The translations under genes and the position numbers were made by a program. 64,000 nt of DNA from Octopus bimaculoides (taxonomy: Eukaryota), in assembly GCF_001194135.2 (NCBI RefSeq), contig NC_068982.1, positions 39,568,919 to 39,632,918 on the forward strand. The letters are read 5' to 3'. Each line of letters begins with the position of its first letter. The stretch's first letter is position 1. Positions 23,466 to 36,899 of the stretch are shown here, piece by piece. The notes beneath the pieces are model-generated. The model had not been told where the DNA came from. It worked only from the letters and a program-made list of their open reading frames with translations, and ran no database searches.

Positions 23466-24989
23466 TGAGCAAAGAGCACACTGAGTAGTAAGGTTCTTCT
23501 GTGTGATATTGAGTTGAAAGTAATATGACCCAACTCGTTTTATCTGCTAACGAATATCTAAATATACTTGTTTGTCTAGCAACTTGAATACTAGAGTCAA
23601 CGTTGTCAGATTTGAGTTCCATCTCCTCCCTTAGTTCCATCTTAAGTCGGATAAAGCATGGCCTTTCAAAATTAATGACACCCGAAGGCAAGGTATTCAC
23701 AGCCTGTTATAATTACTGAGGTTACTCCCCACCAATATGAGTCCAAGGGAATCTATATTTCTAGTTAGGATCCCATTCCTAGAATTGCCAAATGAAACAA
23801 GCCGAAAATGGGACTCGTGTAAAGCAGGTCCTTATAGCCAAGAGGCTTTAAGTACCCGCTTTACACGTCATGATTGAAGCCCTTATGCACAATCTGGTTT
23901 GCGGGAGAATAAAAATCGATTGAAAAGTATATTTCTGAATTGACTTGTGCATATTTTATTACCCTCGTTTCGAACAATATTTGCGTTTGAGTTATCGTAA
24001 CGTGTATTAATGTTCTTGTTTGTGTACTGTACTGTGGGCATGAGTAAATGAATTAATTTTGTGAGTGATTAAGAAAATGATTTGTGATCTATATGTTTAT
24101 ATTCTTTACTTCCATTTCTTTTACGGGCAGCTCTCACTGCTTTTTTCATATAAAGAGACCACTTTCAAAAGATTCTAAAACGTATCTACCTATCTATAGA
24201 CAAAATATGTTTTCTACCTTAAGGTAAAATGAGTGGAAAAGGAAATTTTACAAAGCTTCTCTTAACAAAATTAACATACCTTTGTTATTTTTTATGTGAA
24301 ACAAATCCTTGTACATTTCCAGTTCCTCCAGGGGCTGTGTAACATTTGCTGTTGGCAAACGACAACCGTAACAACATTGAAAACATCAACTGTAGCATTA
24401 AGAACAATAACAATAGTAGCATCAACATCAACAACAATAACAATAACAACAACAATAATAATCTTTCCTTTACTAGCAACAGGTACTTAAAATGTTACAA
24501 AAACAAAATACATTCATGTTAAACAAGGAGATTACAAAGATGTTTGGATGAGACAAAAAATTTATAAAAGCACGAGCGGAAGAGTAAAATATGGTGTGAA
24601 ATGTATAATTTGAACGAATTAAAAATGTATAAATCACTAAAGTTACACAGAAATTAATCTAAAACTTATGATAAAGGATACAGTAATTAAAATAAAATTT
24701 TCGTATAAGAATTAAAATTAATTGTGTTGATCATGGCCCTCCACATTCCCTACCACGTTTCACTGTACTTCTTTCCTGCATTGTTTAAAGCAGGAAGAAA
24801 CTCCACACTCTTTCGCGAGGTCTTCTAATGTCACGGTTGAAAAGACCACGTTTGCTACATCATTGAAATATAATACTTGAAAATTTATATGAAATTTGAA
24901 CAAGTACTTTATTCACACTCCTAAAAGTGGCTCCCATTTCCTGTTCAATCCGTACTTCGTTTGAGTATTCTTTGTGTATATACGGTATA

Positions 24990-25810
24990 GAATACTTACA
25001 AGAGCTTTGTTTTTCTTGCTAATTTAATTTCATTCTGGGCAGGGGCTAATTCCACCACAAGTGATTTTCTTATTCTTTCATGTAATAAAGATATTTCTTC
25101 AGAGGAGAGAATTTCGTCTTCACAGGATGTGTACTTCATATTGCATTTTCATAGCTTATTCTATTTCTTCCTTTGGATAGTTTCCGCACTTTTAGAAAGC
25201 GTTCCCCGTCGGCTTCCGTCTGGGCCCAATCTTCATAAATGTTTAGAGTATATTGCTATGAGGAGGTATCTCTTATTCGCTCTTGTTGCTGTGGGTGATT
25301 CTCTTCATCTTTGCCGGTTGTTGTTGGAAGAGGGAAGTTTTGGTACTCTTGGTAATGAGAACGAAACAATTGCATTGATGTTTGGTTATGGTCTAATTTT
25401 TTAAGACTTCCTGTAAGTTAGATTTTGCTTCCACGTGTTTAACAATTGGGTTATCTACTTTTGTGGATGTGTCTTAAGCTTTTCATCTGAGTACACTCAA
25501 CAAGAAATCGGTCTAGTATTGTTTTGTGATCTTTATGTAGTCATGAGGTCTTGTACGACCATCGTTATCGATCATTTATTTATATTGTGCCAGGAAGGTG
25601 ACTACTTGCCAGGATCGACATCGTTAAGGACCTCCCTGAATGTCACACTTGTATTTCTCCTTCTTAGAGAATTCCGAAAGCAGTTAATGGGAAGAGATAC
25701 TGCCTATAGTTTTGGTTTGGATTTTCCTTCCGCCTTCTGTTTCAAGAATGGCAAATATGGTGTAATAAGAACTCATACTTCCCTTGAAAGATATTTGATT
25801 TAAAATTTCT
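24990..25810 (-). mobile_element. Possible LINE ORF1 (gag-like) remnant, family unassigned
   Basis: Coding-like, purine-rich minus strand with broken frames (MSSYYTIFAILETEGGRKI...; EDWAQTEADGERFLKVRK). No diagnostic motif. Confidence 0.3.
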
Positions 25811-25889
25811 GCGAGGGTTGACTCTGTTTCACGCTTGCTCATTATGAAATAGTATGTTATATGTTTGGTTAGACAGAAATATGTTACTT

Positions 25890-26185
25890 CTTGCTTAATT
25901 TATTGACCCCAAAAGGATGAAATGCAAAGTCAACCTCGGCGGAATTTGAACTCAGAATGTGAAAGCGGATGAAATAAGGCTAAGCATTTCGTCCGGCGTT
26001 CTAATATATTTCGGAGGAAGTAGTGTTGTCTACATCGACTAGCACTTTATTGACTAGCTCTTTATTGCATCGATACCAGATAATAAAAAGGCAACGGGAT
26101 CTGTCCTCGACGGATTTTGGATTTAGGACGTAAAAAGCCGGAAAATACCACGTAGCAATTGTCGGACGCTTCAACCGTTTTGTCA
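25890..26185 (-). mobile_element. Two partial SINE family A copies in tandem
   Basis: TTGACCCCAAAAGGATGAAATGCAAAGTCAACCTCGGCGGAATTTGAACTCAGAA at ~25903-25957, followed by a more decayed copy. Confidence 0.8.
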
Positions 26186-27210
26186 GTCTATATTAGCTCA
26201 CATTTTCGTGAAATGTCTAATCGATTGTATTGATTCTGTATCCCAGTTTTATAAATAAAAGAAAGATAATCCTTTTCTGAATTACAGCAATGTATATGGC
26301 CTTGAGCTTATCTCCTGCTTTGTGGCGTTAATCGGATGAAGGAAATATCAACTTCTTGATAAAGCATTGGTCTACTGCCGGAGATTTTTATCACTGAATA
26401 AATTTTATGTGGTACTGACAGCTCGAGTCGCTACTCAAATCAACAATGCTAGCCCAACTTGGAACAATGCGATATTATTAGATTGTAGTACCAATTTATA
26501 ACTGAATGGGTGGTCTGTTTGATGGATGTGCGATGATTTTTAGACATATGATAGGACACAGACTAACAATCTCTCTTTTACTAGATGCCTTCTACATTAC
26601 CCAGTCTACTGTTAACACTTTCCTCACGTGTTATATATTTTTGACACATTGGGTAGATAAAAGCAAAACAAATGTCTTCGAGACTTCAGCGCATAATGTA
26701 AAGCACTGTGACGAAATGCTGCAATAGTATTTAGTTACGAGTGCAGTACCATTATAAACATTCAGAACTGAGTTTGTCTTTCACCATTTTTGAGTTGATA
26801 AAATAAGTGCCAGGTATATATTCGACAATCTTAGCGTTTCCTTTTGTTAGCATGATATCTCAAGAATTTCCATTCTTATTTCACAAAGAATTAGGCACAT
26901 CACTGAAGATATGATGTATAAAAATATTCAAGATTAACGTATGATTTGTGTGAGAATGCTCTAGTATTTGTAGACCGTTGCATGACTATTTCCTGAAACG
27001 TGCCTAAGTATATATTTATAGATAACCAGTCAATGTCTTGACAGAAGCGATTATCTTTAATTCCGTTTGTACCAATTGGATGATGGACACAATTCATACA
27101 TGTAGTAATCTGTTTATTTTAATCACAAAGTCAGCGTAATTCTTTAGTTATTCAAACAGCTTCTGCCCATCGTTAATGTTGTTACTGTAGCTATAGTTAT
27201 TATTGTTGTA

Positions 27211-27316
27211 ATTCTTCTTCTTCTTCTTCTTCTTCTTCTTCTTCTTCTTCTTCTTCTTCTTCTTCTTCTTCTTCTTCTTCTTCTTCTTCTTCTTCTTCTT
27301 CTTCTTCTTCTTCTTC
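27211..27316. repeat. (TTC)n microsatellite at the 3' end of Dong-C
   Basis: Directly visible. Confidence 0.97.
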
Positions 27317-28700
27317 ATAAAACACCGGATTATTCATTTACAAAGACAGAAAAAGGGAGGGGGTAGAAAGACAGATAAAAAAAGAAAAAATGAAAAAAAG
27401 AAAACAAAGAAAATAAATGGGAAGAAGGAGAGAAAATTCACAGCGACAATGCTTTTCTCAATACGTAAGACGTACCAGTTAAGACAATCTTTTGCACTTC
27501 CTGCGTGGATGGTAAGCCAGAGATCATCCTCCAATAATTTTCAGTTCCTTTTCTGATCATTCCAAGTGCTCCTACAATCACTGGTATTGTCACCGTCTTG
27601 AAATGTCACATTTTTTCGCTTTCAATCAGCAGATCTTTATATTTTATGAGCTTACCAAATTATTTTGCCGAGATATTATGATCACAAGGTATACTCAAGT
27701 CAATCAATAAACAGATTTTATTGTCTTGTTCTTTCACAATAATATCTAGTTTATTAGCTTTGACGGTCCCATCTGTATGCACTGGAATATCCCAAAGAAC
27801 TGTTACAATTACACCCTCAGTTACAACCTCAGGGTGGTGCTTGTACCATTTGTCAGCAGTTTTGATTTTATAATGTGGACATATTAGCCTATGCAGATAT
27901 TGACCAACTCTCTCATGTCTTGATTTATACTCTGCTGGTGTGAAAAAAATCTTACACCCTGGGATTAGGTGGTCCACTGTTTCAATCTTATCGTTGCAAT
28001 ATCGGCACTTTGGGTCTACTCCGTTTTCCTCACATTGGCTTGGTAGTTCCGGGTCAATAAGCTCTGATCTTGAGCAGCTAAGATAAGGCCTTTACTCTTT
28101 GCCTTTAACCCTGAACTCCGTAGCCACTGATAGATGCGCTTCTGGTCTACATCACCTTCGTTGCTACGAGCCAAACATTTGACATGCAGAGGTTTTTGTT
28201 CTCAACTATCAGCCAAATGTTCAAAAGCTTTTTGCTTTGCCATTGATTTCACCTTCTTTGCAACAAGATTTGCCACACTTCCATCATACTCTTCAACCTG
28301 GATATTATGCATAAACTAACGAGCAAATATTTTGCTCTCTTTCGTGACAGAATGGAGCTTCTTATGTCTCTCGTGGGTTTTAACGACTTTTAGCATCCAG
28401 TCGTATGATGTTTCAAGATATTTGGCCAGTCCAGTTATGGTGGTTTAGTAAGAAATTTCAAACTAGATTAAGCCTCAATCTCCTTGAGCTTTGTGGAAGG
28501 TAAAGACGATCTGTGCCTGCCTTTGGGTGATCCATGTTATTGCAGGCTTGTAGCTTATGGATTTTCCTGTCAATGTTCCTTATGTCGCTCATATTCCAGT
28601 CCAACACATGGAAACTATAACAACTGGAACTGCTAAGGAATTTATGTCTAAAACCTTGTAATAGGCATTTCACTCAGATTTTAGGACTGCTCGAACTCTA
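27317..28700 (-). mobile_element. 5'-truncated R4/Dong-type non-LTR retrotransposon, decayed; 'Dong-C'
   Basis: RVRAVLKSE...INSLAVPVV.SF..LDW...IDRKIHKL...HPKAGTDRLYLP...ILAAQDQSL...CRYCNDKIETVDHLIPGC...LWDIPVHTD..VKANKLDII...LLIDLSIPCD...KYKDL...IPVIVGALG...QKIVLTGTSYVLRKALSL*. Confidence 0.93.
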
Positions 28701-28731
28701 CTATTATTATCATTATTATCATTATTATTAT

Positions 28732-28846
28732 TTCTCTTTATCACATGTTTTGTTGGAGCTCCTGGAGTCTTACATTCGTAGCGGGCTTGCTACCTGCAGC
28801 CCACGATATCATGCTATCCATTCTCTTCAGCTATGTAATGCTTTCT
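28732..28846 (-). mobile_element. 'Dong-B' 3' UTR fragment (copy 3), with (AAT)n tail at 28701-28731
   Basis: Reverse complement GATAGCATGATATCGTGGGCTGCAGGTAGCAAGCCCGCTAC matches copies 1 and 2. Confidence 0.85.
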
Positions 28847-28848
28847 TA

Positions 28849-29667
28849 TTAGGTCGTCAAGTATGAAATTTGTAGTAAGGTATATAGTAAACTTTGACAG
28901 CTGCTCATTTTGCAACATCATTATATTTTGACAATCTTTATTTTTTATTAGAAAGCCGACACATCTATTTCTTTATACTAACTCATTTTGTGCTTCATAA
29001 AGTATTTATAAATCGTTTTTTGCTATTTTTGTTTAGAGATGGATAAGTCGGAAATTCGTACAGTTTTGAAATATGAGTTATTTCTTGGAAATACAGCATT
29101 ACAAACAGCTCGGAATATTAATGGGGTATTTCATTCTAATATTATTACACAGTAGAAAGTATCAAATCGGTTTACAAAACTTCGTTCTGGTAACTTTGAC
29201 CTCACAAATGACCAACGCGGTCGACCAGAAACAGAGGTGGAAGATGACAAACTGAAAGCCACCGCCGAGTCAGATCCATCTCAAAGTGAGGTCCACATAA
29301 ACTCAATGAAAATTCGAAACAACAACGTTTGGAAGCCTGCATTATGCTACTTTCTCATCACAAGAATGAATAATTTTTTAATTGAATTGTAACATGTGAT
29401 GAGAAATGGATGCAATACAACAACCGTAAACGTTCAGCACAAAGATGAGCCACCAAAACACAGTCCAGAAAGCAAAATTCACCGAAGGAAACTGATGATA
29501 TGTGTTTGGTGGTCTGGCGCAGGTGTGATCCATTATATTATTAAACCTGGCTCATCAATCACGGCCGAAGTATACTGCAGCCAACTGGACCAAATGATGC
29601 AAAAACTTACAAAAAAACAGCCTAGATTAGGCAACAGATCCACTCCTATTTTATTGTAAGACAACGC
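28849..29667 (+). mobile_element. Hsmar1/SETMAR-like mariner, 5' two-thirds
   Basis: TA|TTAGGTCG TIR-like start. From ATG 29039: MDKSEIRTVLKYE...TARNIN...RGRP...LKATAESDP; IVTCDEKW; KLMICVWWS..GVIHY...ITAEVYCSQL...PILL*DNA, then it breaks off. Confidence 0.9.
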
Positions 29668-29752
29668 TAGCGGTTCGGCAAGAGAGACCGATAGAATAAG
29701 TACTAAGCTTACAAAGAATAAGTCCTGGGGTCGATTTATTCAACTAAAGGCC
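29668..29752 (+). mobile_element. SINE family B 3' fragment
   Basis: TAGCGGTTCGGCAAGAGAGACCGATAGAATAAGTACTAAGCTTACAAAGAATAAGTCCTGGGGTCGATTT. Confidence 0.9.
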
Positions 29753-29873
29753 CTCGGATAGTTCTTAAGTACCGGTAATTCTTTACTTGAAAGCAGGCAA
29801 TAACAAATCACCAAAGGTTTCAAGCAATGCCTTCTCCTGTGACTCAAAGAAACAACACTCTCCTTAGAATGAA

Positions 29874-29876
29874 TTA

Positions 29877-29946
<70 letters not shown>

Positions 29947-29992
29947 CGTTATTATTATTATTATCATTATTATTATTATTATTATTATCATC
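29874..29992. repeat. (ATT)n microsatellite
   Basis: Directly visible. Confidence 0.97.
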
Positions 29993-30264
29993 GTTATATG
30001 TATTCCCCCATATTACTCTTATGGTGAGGTTATTGCTGTAAATAATCTGTTCTGATTTCAAACTACAAGGAAGAAGCAATTTAATTTGTACAGAATGTCA
30101 ATTCAATTCTTTTACAGATGTCAATTCAGTCGGTTAAAGTCATTTCCTTCATGTATATTACTTCATAACCAAGTGTCAGCAAATCGTTGTTTATCTCTTA
30201 TCTTTCTTTACTTCTTATCTTTCTTTACTACTTATCTCTCTTGACCTCTTCCTTAGTTTTTATC

Positions 30265-30516
30265 ATTCTTTTATCGAACCGATGAGTTACGGGGTTGTAA
30301 GCAAACCAGCCACACCGGTTGCCAAGTGGTGAAGGGGGCAAACAGAAACATCAAGATACACACACACNNNNNNNNNNNNNNNNNNNNNNNNNNNNNNNNN
30401 NNNNNNNNNNNNNNNNNNNNNNNNNNNNNNNNNNNNNNNNNNNNNNNNNNNNNNNNNNNNNNNNNNNNNNNNNNNNNNNNNNNNNNNNNNNNNNNNNNNN
30501 NNNNNNNNNNNNNNNN

Positions 30517-30549
<33 letters not shown>

Positions 30550-30668
30550 TCTACCAAATCTGCTGAGAAGGCTTTGGTCGACTCGAGGCTATAATAGAAG
30601 AGACACAGTAGAAATGAACCCGGAACCAGGTACCTGGGAAGCAGACGTCTTACTACATAGTGACGCCA
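30265..30668 (-). mobile_element. SINE family B with internal (CA)n-gap-(TA)n
   Basis: Both halves match the 58817-59266 copy. Confidence 0.82.
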
Positions 30669-30975
30669 CATTTTACGATAGATTTTATCATTGCAAACAC
30701 GAGGCAGCAAACACACGTAAGATAATGTAGTGTGACATATCTTATATCTAAAAAAGGTCGGAGCTTGTACCACTGGAACGTTTCTTATCATAGATTTGAT
30801 GGATTAGAGTTGACCGGCAAGTAAACAATAGCAAATACATAATAAGAATATATTATAGGAGAAATAATGAATTTGAGGACAATGGTAACTGCAGGAATTC
30901 TTTTATAGAATATTTAATTGGCGAGTTCAATAACTTTGAGTGAAGCATATAACGCTTCGGGTTCTTATACTTTGT

Positions 30976-30977
30976 CA

Positions 30978-31066
<89 letters not shown>

Positions 31067-31072
31067 AGAGAG
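30976..31072. repeat. (GA)n microsatellite
   Basis: Directly visible. Confidence 0.97.
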
Positions 31073-34000
31073 AAAATTTTGTTGTTACTCTGTTTATTAA
31101 CCACACAATTATGACATAGATGAATGATATTAGGTGGTATGGAGAGTTAGGAAACGGCCGAAAGAAACGAGGTTCAAAGAGATAAAAAATCAGTGATACG
31201 AGCTGATCATACGAAGATGAAGTTATAATTGGGCAAGGGAGGTAAAAAGAGTCAATTCTTTAAGCCAGGCAGAAAAGGAAGTGGTATTCAGGTAGAGTGA
31301 GTCGAATAGTAAGTGCAAAAAGTGTGAGAAAAGAGCAAGTGCACATAGGAAACAAAAAGACGAAATAAAAAAATTCGACATAAATATTAAATAAAACATG
31401 GGTATACTGCCTGATAATATATTCACGGGACAATATATTGTTTTGGAACAATCATTTCATTAGGCTGGTCAAATAAGCTTATTATCTTCAAGACCGAAGA
31501 AAAAGGCGCTCGTTCAGACGGTGTTAGATTCAAATTCAGCCGATTTGGAGAAAATGCATAGCAAGCGATTTAGTTAACCTATGTCTGTAAAGTATTGTGA
31601 AAAATCTTGTAAAGTGCTTTATTTAGGGAAAATCCTTAGGGTTGTTATTCCATTGACAACTAGTCGGAAATAGAATGAACAAGTTACATTTTTCGGTTAT
31701 CTTTATCGAGTTTATATTTTGCAATGTTTCTGTCAATGGAATGCTTTAATCGACATAAAACTGTTCTAGGAGAAATTTCTCCAAAGTGTAATTCAGGGGA
31801 GTCGAACGTGAGATCACTTTGTTGGAAATCGAACTTCTTAATCACAAGGCTGCACCAGTTGCATATTCTCTTCGTTTATTGTGCAGCAGCATTATATCAT
31901 TCAAAGTTAACATAACGAAGATAATAGTCTTGATACTACTTGTCTTTCTGTAATATCCTCTAGCTTATGTCAGCAAAATTGCGATTCATTTCCTCATTGT
32001 TTCTATTAGAAATTATTTGACGTTATCTGTGATAAGTAAATTTTTACAGAGAAAGGAAGCGCAATGTTGAAATCTATCTGTTTTTGAAAAAGGTACTAAG
32101 CAAGTTGTCGTCGAGTTAGATTTTAAACAAACTATCCAGGAGTTAAATTTTATATTTTATCAACTTGTAATAGAATCAAAATCTATTATTCAGGTACTTT
32201 TAAGCATTTGTTGAAACAGCTTTAGATTATTCGCATACTTACTTACACTGTCTATAAAAATAATACATTTTCTCAAAAATTGTTTAGCAATCATTTATTC
32301 AGTTCTCTCTGCCATGTTATGATTGGAGCAAAGAATCATTATTGTAAACATTCAGGTGAATAATGTTACTTTATTCCATTCAATTTCAGTTATACATGAA
32401 TTTAATAAACGCTGTATAATGTTATCATAAAACAATTTCTTGTAGAATTTTACTGTGAATTTTCAGTATTCAGTATCTAGAAAACGAAAAGCCTTAGAAC
32501 AAACTATATATATATTTTTTGCCGCTTCACAGGAAAGTTATGTATGACATTTATTTTGAAAAATAACTGCTGAAATTGCACTCAATTATTTGTTAAGAAA
32601 GTATGGCAGATTAAAAATGACAGAAAATTAAAATGGGAGAGTATTCGCAAGAAACAGTGACGCTTAAAGGCTGAAAACTGTAGTAATGTCATTAAAGGAA
32701 AGTTTCGAAAATACGGCTGTGCGCTGTCAAATACTGTTTTCTCTCTCATTTAAAGCTTCTTTCTTTTTCTGTATCTCTCTCTGAAATAGTGGTATAGAGT
32801 GATAGAAAGTAAATGATTTCAAGACAACAGAGAAATAAGGGAGAATTAGCAAGGGAGATCGCTGGCGCCTGATTTTTTATATTTTTATGGCTATCACCTT
32901 TAGCAGCTTTTATAAGTCGTAATTTGATTTCGGTATTTTAGAATTCGTAGCATCAACATGTTAACAAATCTTCAAATTTTATTTTATAGTCTTCTACATA
33001 TAAATATACATACATGAATCTTATTTTTATTAACCAAATCTGTCTCAAATCATACCATATTCTCCTATGCAAGTTTGCTTGTATGCAATAACCTAACGCA
33101 GACGACCTCTATATTGTAAGCACAACTGACAGAAATAACAGCCGATACACCCCCTTGCCCCCTCAGAAATATGTATGATGATTACACCCACCACTATAGG
33201 TTAACGAAACATTAATTAATTAACCAGATAATTGCTAGGTAGTAGGTAATCTTATGGTTCCTCTCAGCTACACCACGGCACATATGTGTTATATCTATAA
33301 CCTGGAAAAAAGCCTTCTGCCTGTGAGAAGGAAAGTGAGTTGTGTTGTGACCGGGAAACTAAATTTGCATGGTACTTACATTTTGCTAAATGACACTTAC
33401 CAGAGATTATTTTTAAAATTAATTACTTTATCATAATGTATAAAGCTACTTAAATAGATGACATACATTACTTTCTAAATGCACAGTATCATTTTAAAAG
33501 CTACCTAAAGAAATTGTACATAAATGCTATCAGAATGGTCGAAAGTAAAATCAATATTAATCATCAAACTCAGCCGTTGCTCTTATGCTATGTTATATAT
33601 CTGTTTATTTATTTCTTCGTTTATTTATATTTTTATATCTCTATTTATTGAATGAAAAAATAATCCTCTAGTTCTTAAAGACATCAGGATATTTACTAAG
33701 ATGACGAAAGTGATGGTGGTGGTGGTGGTGGTGGTGGTCGGGATGATGATGATGATGAATTGAGGAAAGAAGAAAAGGGTAAGTTATTGAGCTGTATAAA
33801 CTGAAGTCTCTATAGAAATCTTAGTGTAGGCGGTATGAGTGTATTTTTTTATACGATTTCAGAAGAATATTTGAACACGCCAAGATATATGGATTTGTTT
33901 CGAATAAAGTAATGTTATTTACGGATATTTACCTATATAAAAGCAGTGACTTTTGTTATTTAGATATATAGGTTTTAACATTTTCGGTTTGTTACGGTGA

Positions 34001-36899
34001 TAGTGCTTGTAGCAGTGATAATTTTTTTTTCTCTACATTCGTATTTCCTAGAAAAAGTTTATAAAATACCTACACAAATCATCTCTGCTTATGTGGTCAG
34101 AACTCTTCTGTATAACTTTCACACAACATTTTGTTTTTATTACTAGTAACAAAACAAATGCTTTTGTAACTAAGGGATAAAACTATGATGATACGATGAA
34201 AGGAACTGACCGAAAAATTACATCTATGCTCTATCTAATATAAAGCTTACTTGTTTTACTTTGTAATTTTTTTTATATAATTACCATTTTCCCACGCAGA
34301 CCATCGTTAATTTCTCTTGATTCTACTGTTTCAGAATGAATTTGTAAATAAGAAGAATGACATTTGTACGATGCTAGCAACGTAATTGAAAGGAATTGAA
34401 ATTAGCATCGACTATATATTAAAATATGATTACAACACTGACATTCCAATTTATTTCAAATCCACAGTTTACCAGGCCGAACATGATCTTATAGTTATGT
34501 CAGGGCTTGTAGCTAGTTGAGGGCGATTTGCAGTGTTACTCGATGTAAACACCCAATTTACATCGAGAAACGATGTCGGTGTTGCAGGTAGCAAGGACAG
34601 AATTCATTGGAATTTCACTCTTGAATTTGTAATTTTCCCGTTGGACAGCTTAATTTATTGTAGATTAACCAGATATCCTTTTTCAGTGTAACTATATGCA
34701 CATGTGTTACATATTTGAGATAGGTACTGTTCGATGGTGCAGATTCTGGTATAGAACTACGTCGATAATTTCAACATGGAGTAGAAGGCTCAGAATATGT
34801 AATGCATCTCTTTAGTAAATTTTTATAGTCTGGTGTTACCTAGATGCTGATTTTGTAATTCATGTTATCATTGCTATTTCGTATTTAATACATATGCTAT
34901 TTTGTGACAAATTTCTATACTGTGACATCTACATTCTTCTAAATTTATGGTATTCAAATTCTAATAGCAGCCTCTCTTATTGGTTGCAAACCAGAAATAT
35001 AACCAAGTCATTAAAATAGGGTGGGGATCGCTGAATTTGAACAATTTACAAACTTGATTGACAGAGTCAATAGTGACATCTTATAAAATACCACTCATGA
35101 ATTGAGGATGTTGTTATATTATGTTACATAAGAGATTGTTCCTCAAATAATTGTTTCTTGTTACTCTTTTGTTGTAGGTAGTGATAGATGTTTAATAGTC
35201 CCCCACAAAAAAGAACACTTCAAACCTGTTTATCAAGTCTCCATCATGATATTGTGGGGTGATTTGAAGGCAAATTCAAGTGTAGATTTGACGACACGAT
35301 CCGCAAAGAACCGTTCCATGTTCAGTTCTCGGTGGTGTTTATCAATATACTGAATATCTGTATAAATTCAGTTATTCTATAAAAGGATCCTATAATCTGT
35401 TGGGAGAATTATTTCGACAGAAAATTCATGACAATAGTTCCATATGTCTGTTGGGAGTTCATGGAGTCGTCGCTATTGCTTTGGAATTTCTAGAATTATT
35501 GCTTGAATATTTGTATTTCTAAGAAACACTGTTCATGTTTATTGTGTTCACCTTACTAAGAGCTGTAATAACATTATCGCATTGTTTGAATTTGTTACTT
35601 AATAGCAGTATTTCTGCTTGTAGTCATGTCTACACAGTTATTTCCGAAGTCTGCACTTTTATAACCATGTCTACTATGCCAATAATATTATCTGTCATCG
35701 CAATTATGATTTCTGAAAGTTATAAACGGTAATAATATTCAGATTTGTTATTAATTGTGTAAGATTTTATATTGTTTAAGAGATTCTATCAGTAAGATCT
35801 GAGTGTAACAGTCCACAACGTAATTACGTAATTACCCTGCGTGATTAGTGGTGACACCCGTTTGCTAGGAGGTCTACAAAGTAGCAATATAGTTAGTGAT
35901 TGTTGTTGTTTTGGTAGGCATGAAATAAACACTGATTAAGCATATCTATTACAAAAGACATTCTATATGTGGCTATTCCATTCTTTTGTATATCTTATCG
36001 AATATCTCATAGGTTTCTTGTAACGCGATAGTATGTGATTAGAGGTAATTTAATTCTCGCAACTCGTTCCTAAATGATTTCAGAACGATCACTTCCATAA
36101 TATTGTGTTGCGATGTGACACGATATAACGAGATATATTACTTCACTTACCTAATTATTTGATAGTGAATTCCAAGTAATTATATGACATGCATATTAAC
36201 GCAGCCTTAAATAATGAAATTTTGGTTAATAAATTATCTTATGTAACCATCATCAGTTACATTTATATTATAATTCCTTGTTATTATATGAGTATTACCG
36301 TGGATATGTTTGATCCGATCTCTCAATGATTGTAGAGGGATCTTAATGTACAACGAAGTCGAAAGAGATGCAGAGGCTTTCCCTTTGATCATTGTTATGC
36401 TTTAAGCCCATGTTAGCCCTGATTGAGCTAACCGATTAACAAAAAGGTTAAAGTTGTGACTATGCTTTCATTTGTATTCAGATATAATGTATTGGGAACT
36501 ACAATATTAAGAGCAATCTCTCCCTTTTTTAAGAGAGTAGGTTAGGAATTCAGAGATTATTGACTGTTATTTCAAGTAAGCTTTTGGTTCGTCGTTAATT
36601 TGGTATTTCTTTTAGTATTCATACAATACCTTGTCAATCTATAGGTCACATAACTATTGACTGAAGTCTCTGAACGCCTCAGTATTCCGGGAAAGGTCGA
36701 TGTTTTGTCTTCATGATTAACACTACCTCATCAGACGTGTTAAATGAACAAATCTCTTTTTTCACCCACTAAAAGAAGTTAAAGCAATTTTTAAGAAAAA
36801 TATTTTTTACCTCAACGTTTAATGCTACTTCTTCTCTACACAAGTGCATTTCATTCAGGCAATTCAAACACTATCAATACTTTCTCCTTACTTTCATTT

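Noticed and set aside
36695-36740. GATGTTTTGTC...CTCATCAG, possibly a CpG-decayed ACGTTTCG...CTCATCAG hammerhead relic on the minus strand
   Set aside because: The GAAAC box is broken and stem II cannot be formed; indistinguishable from chance.
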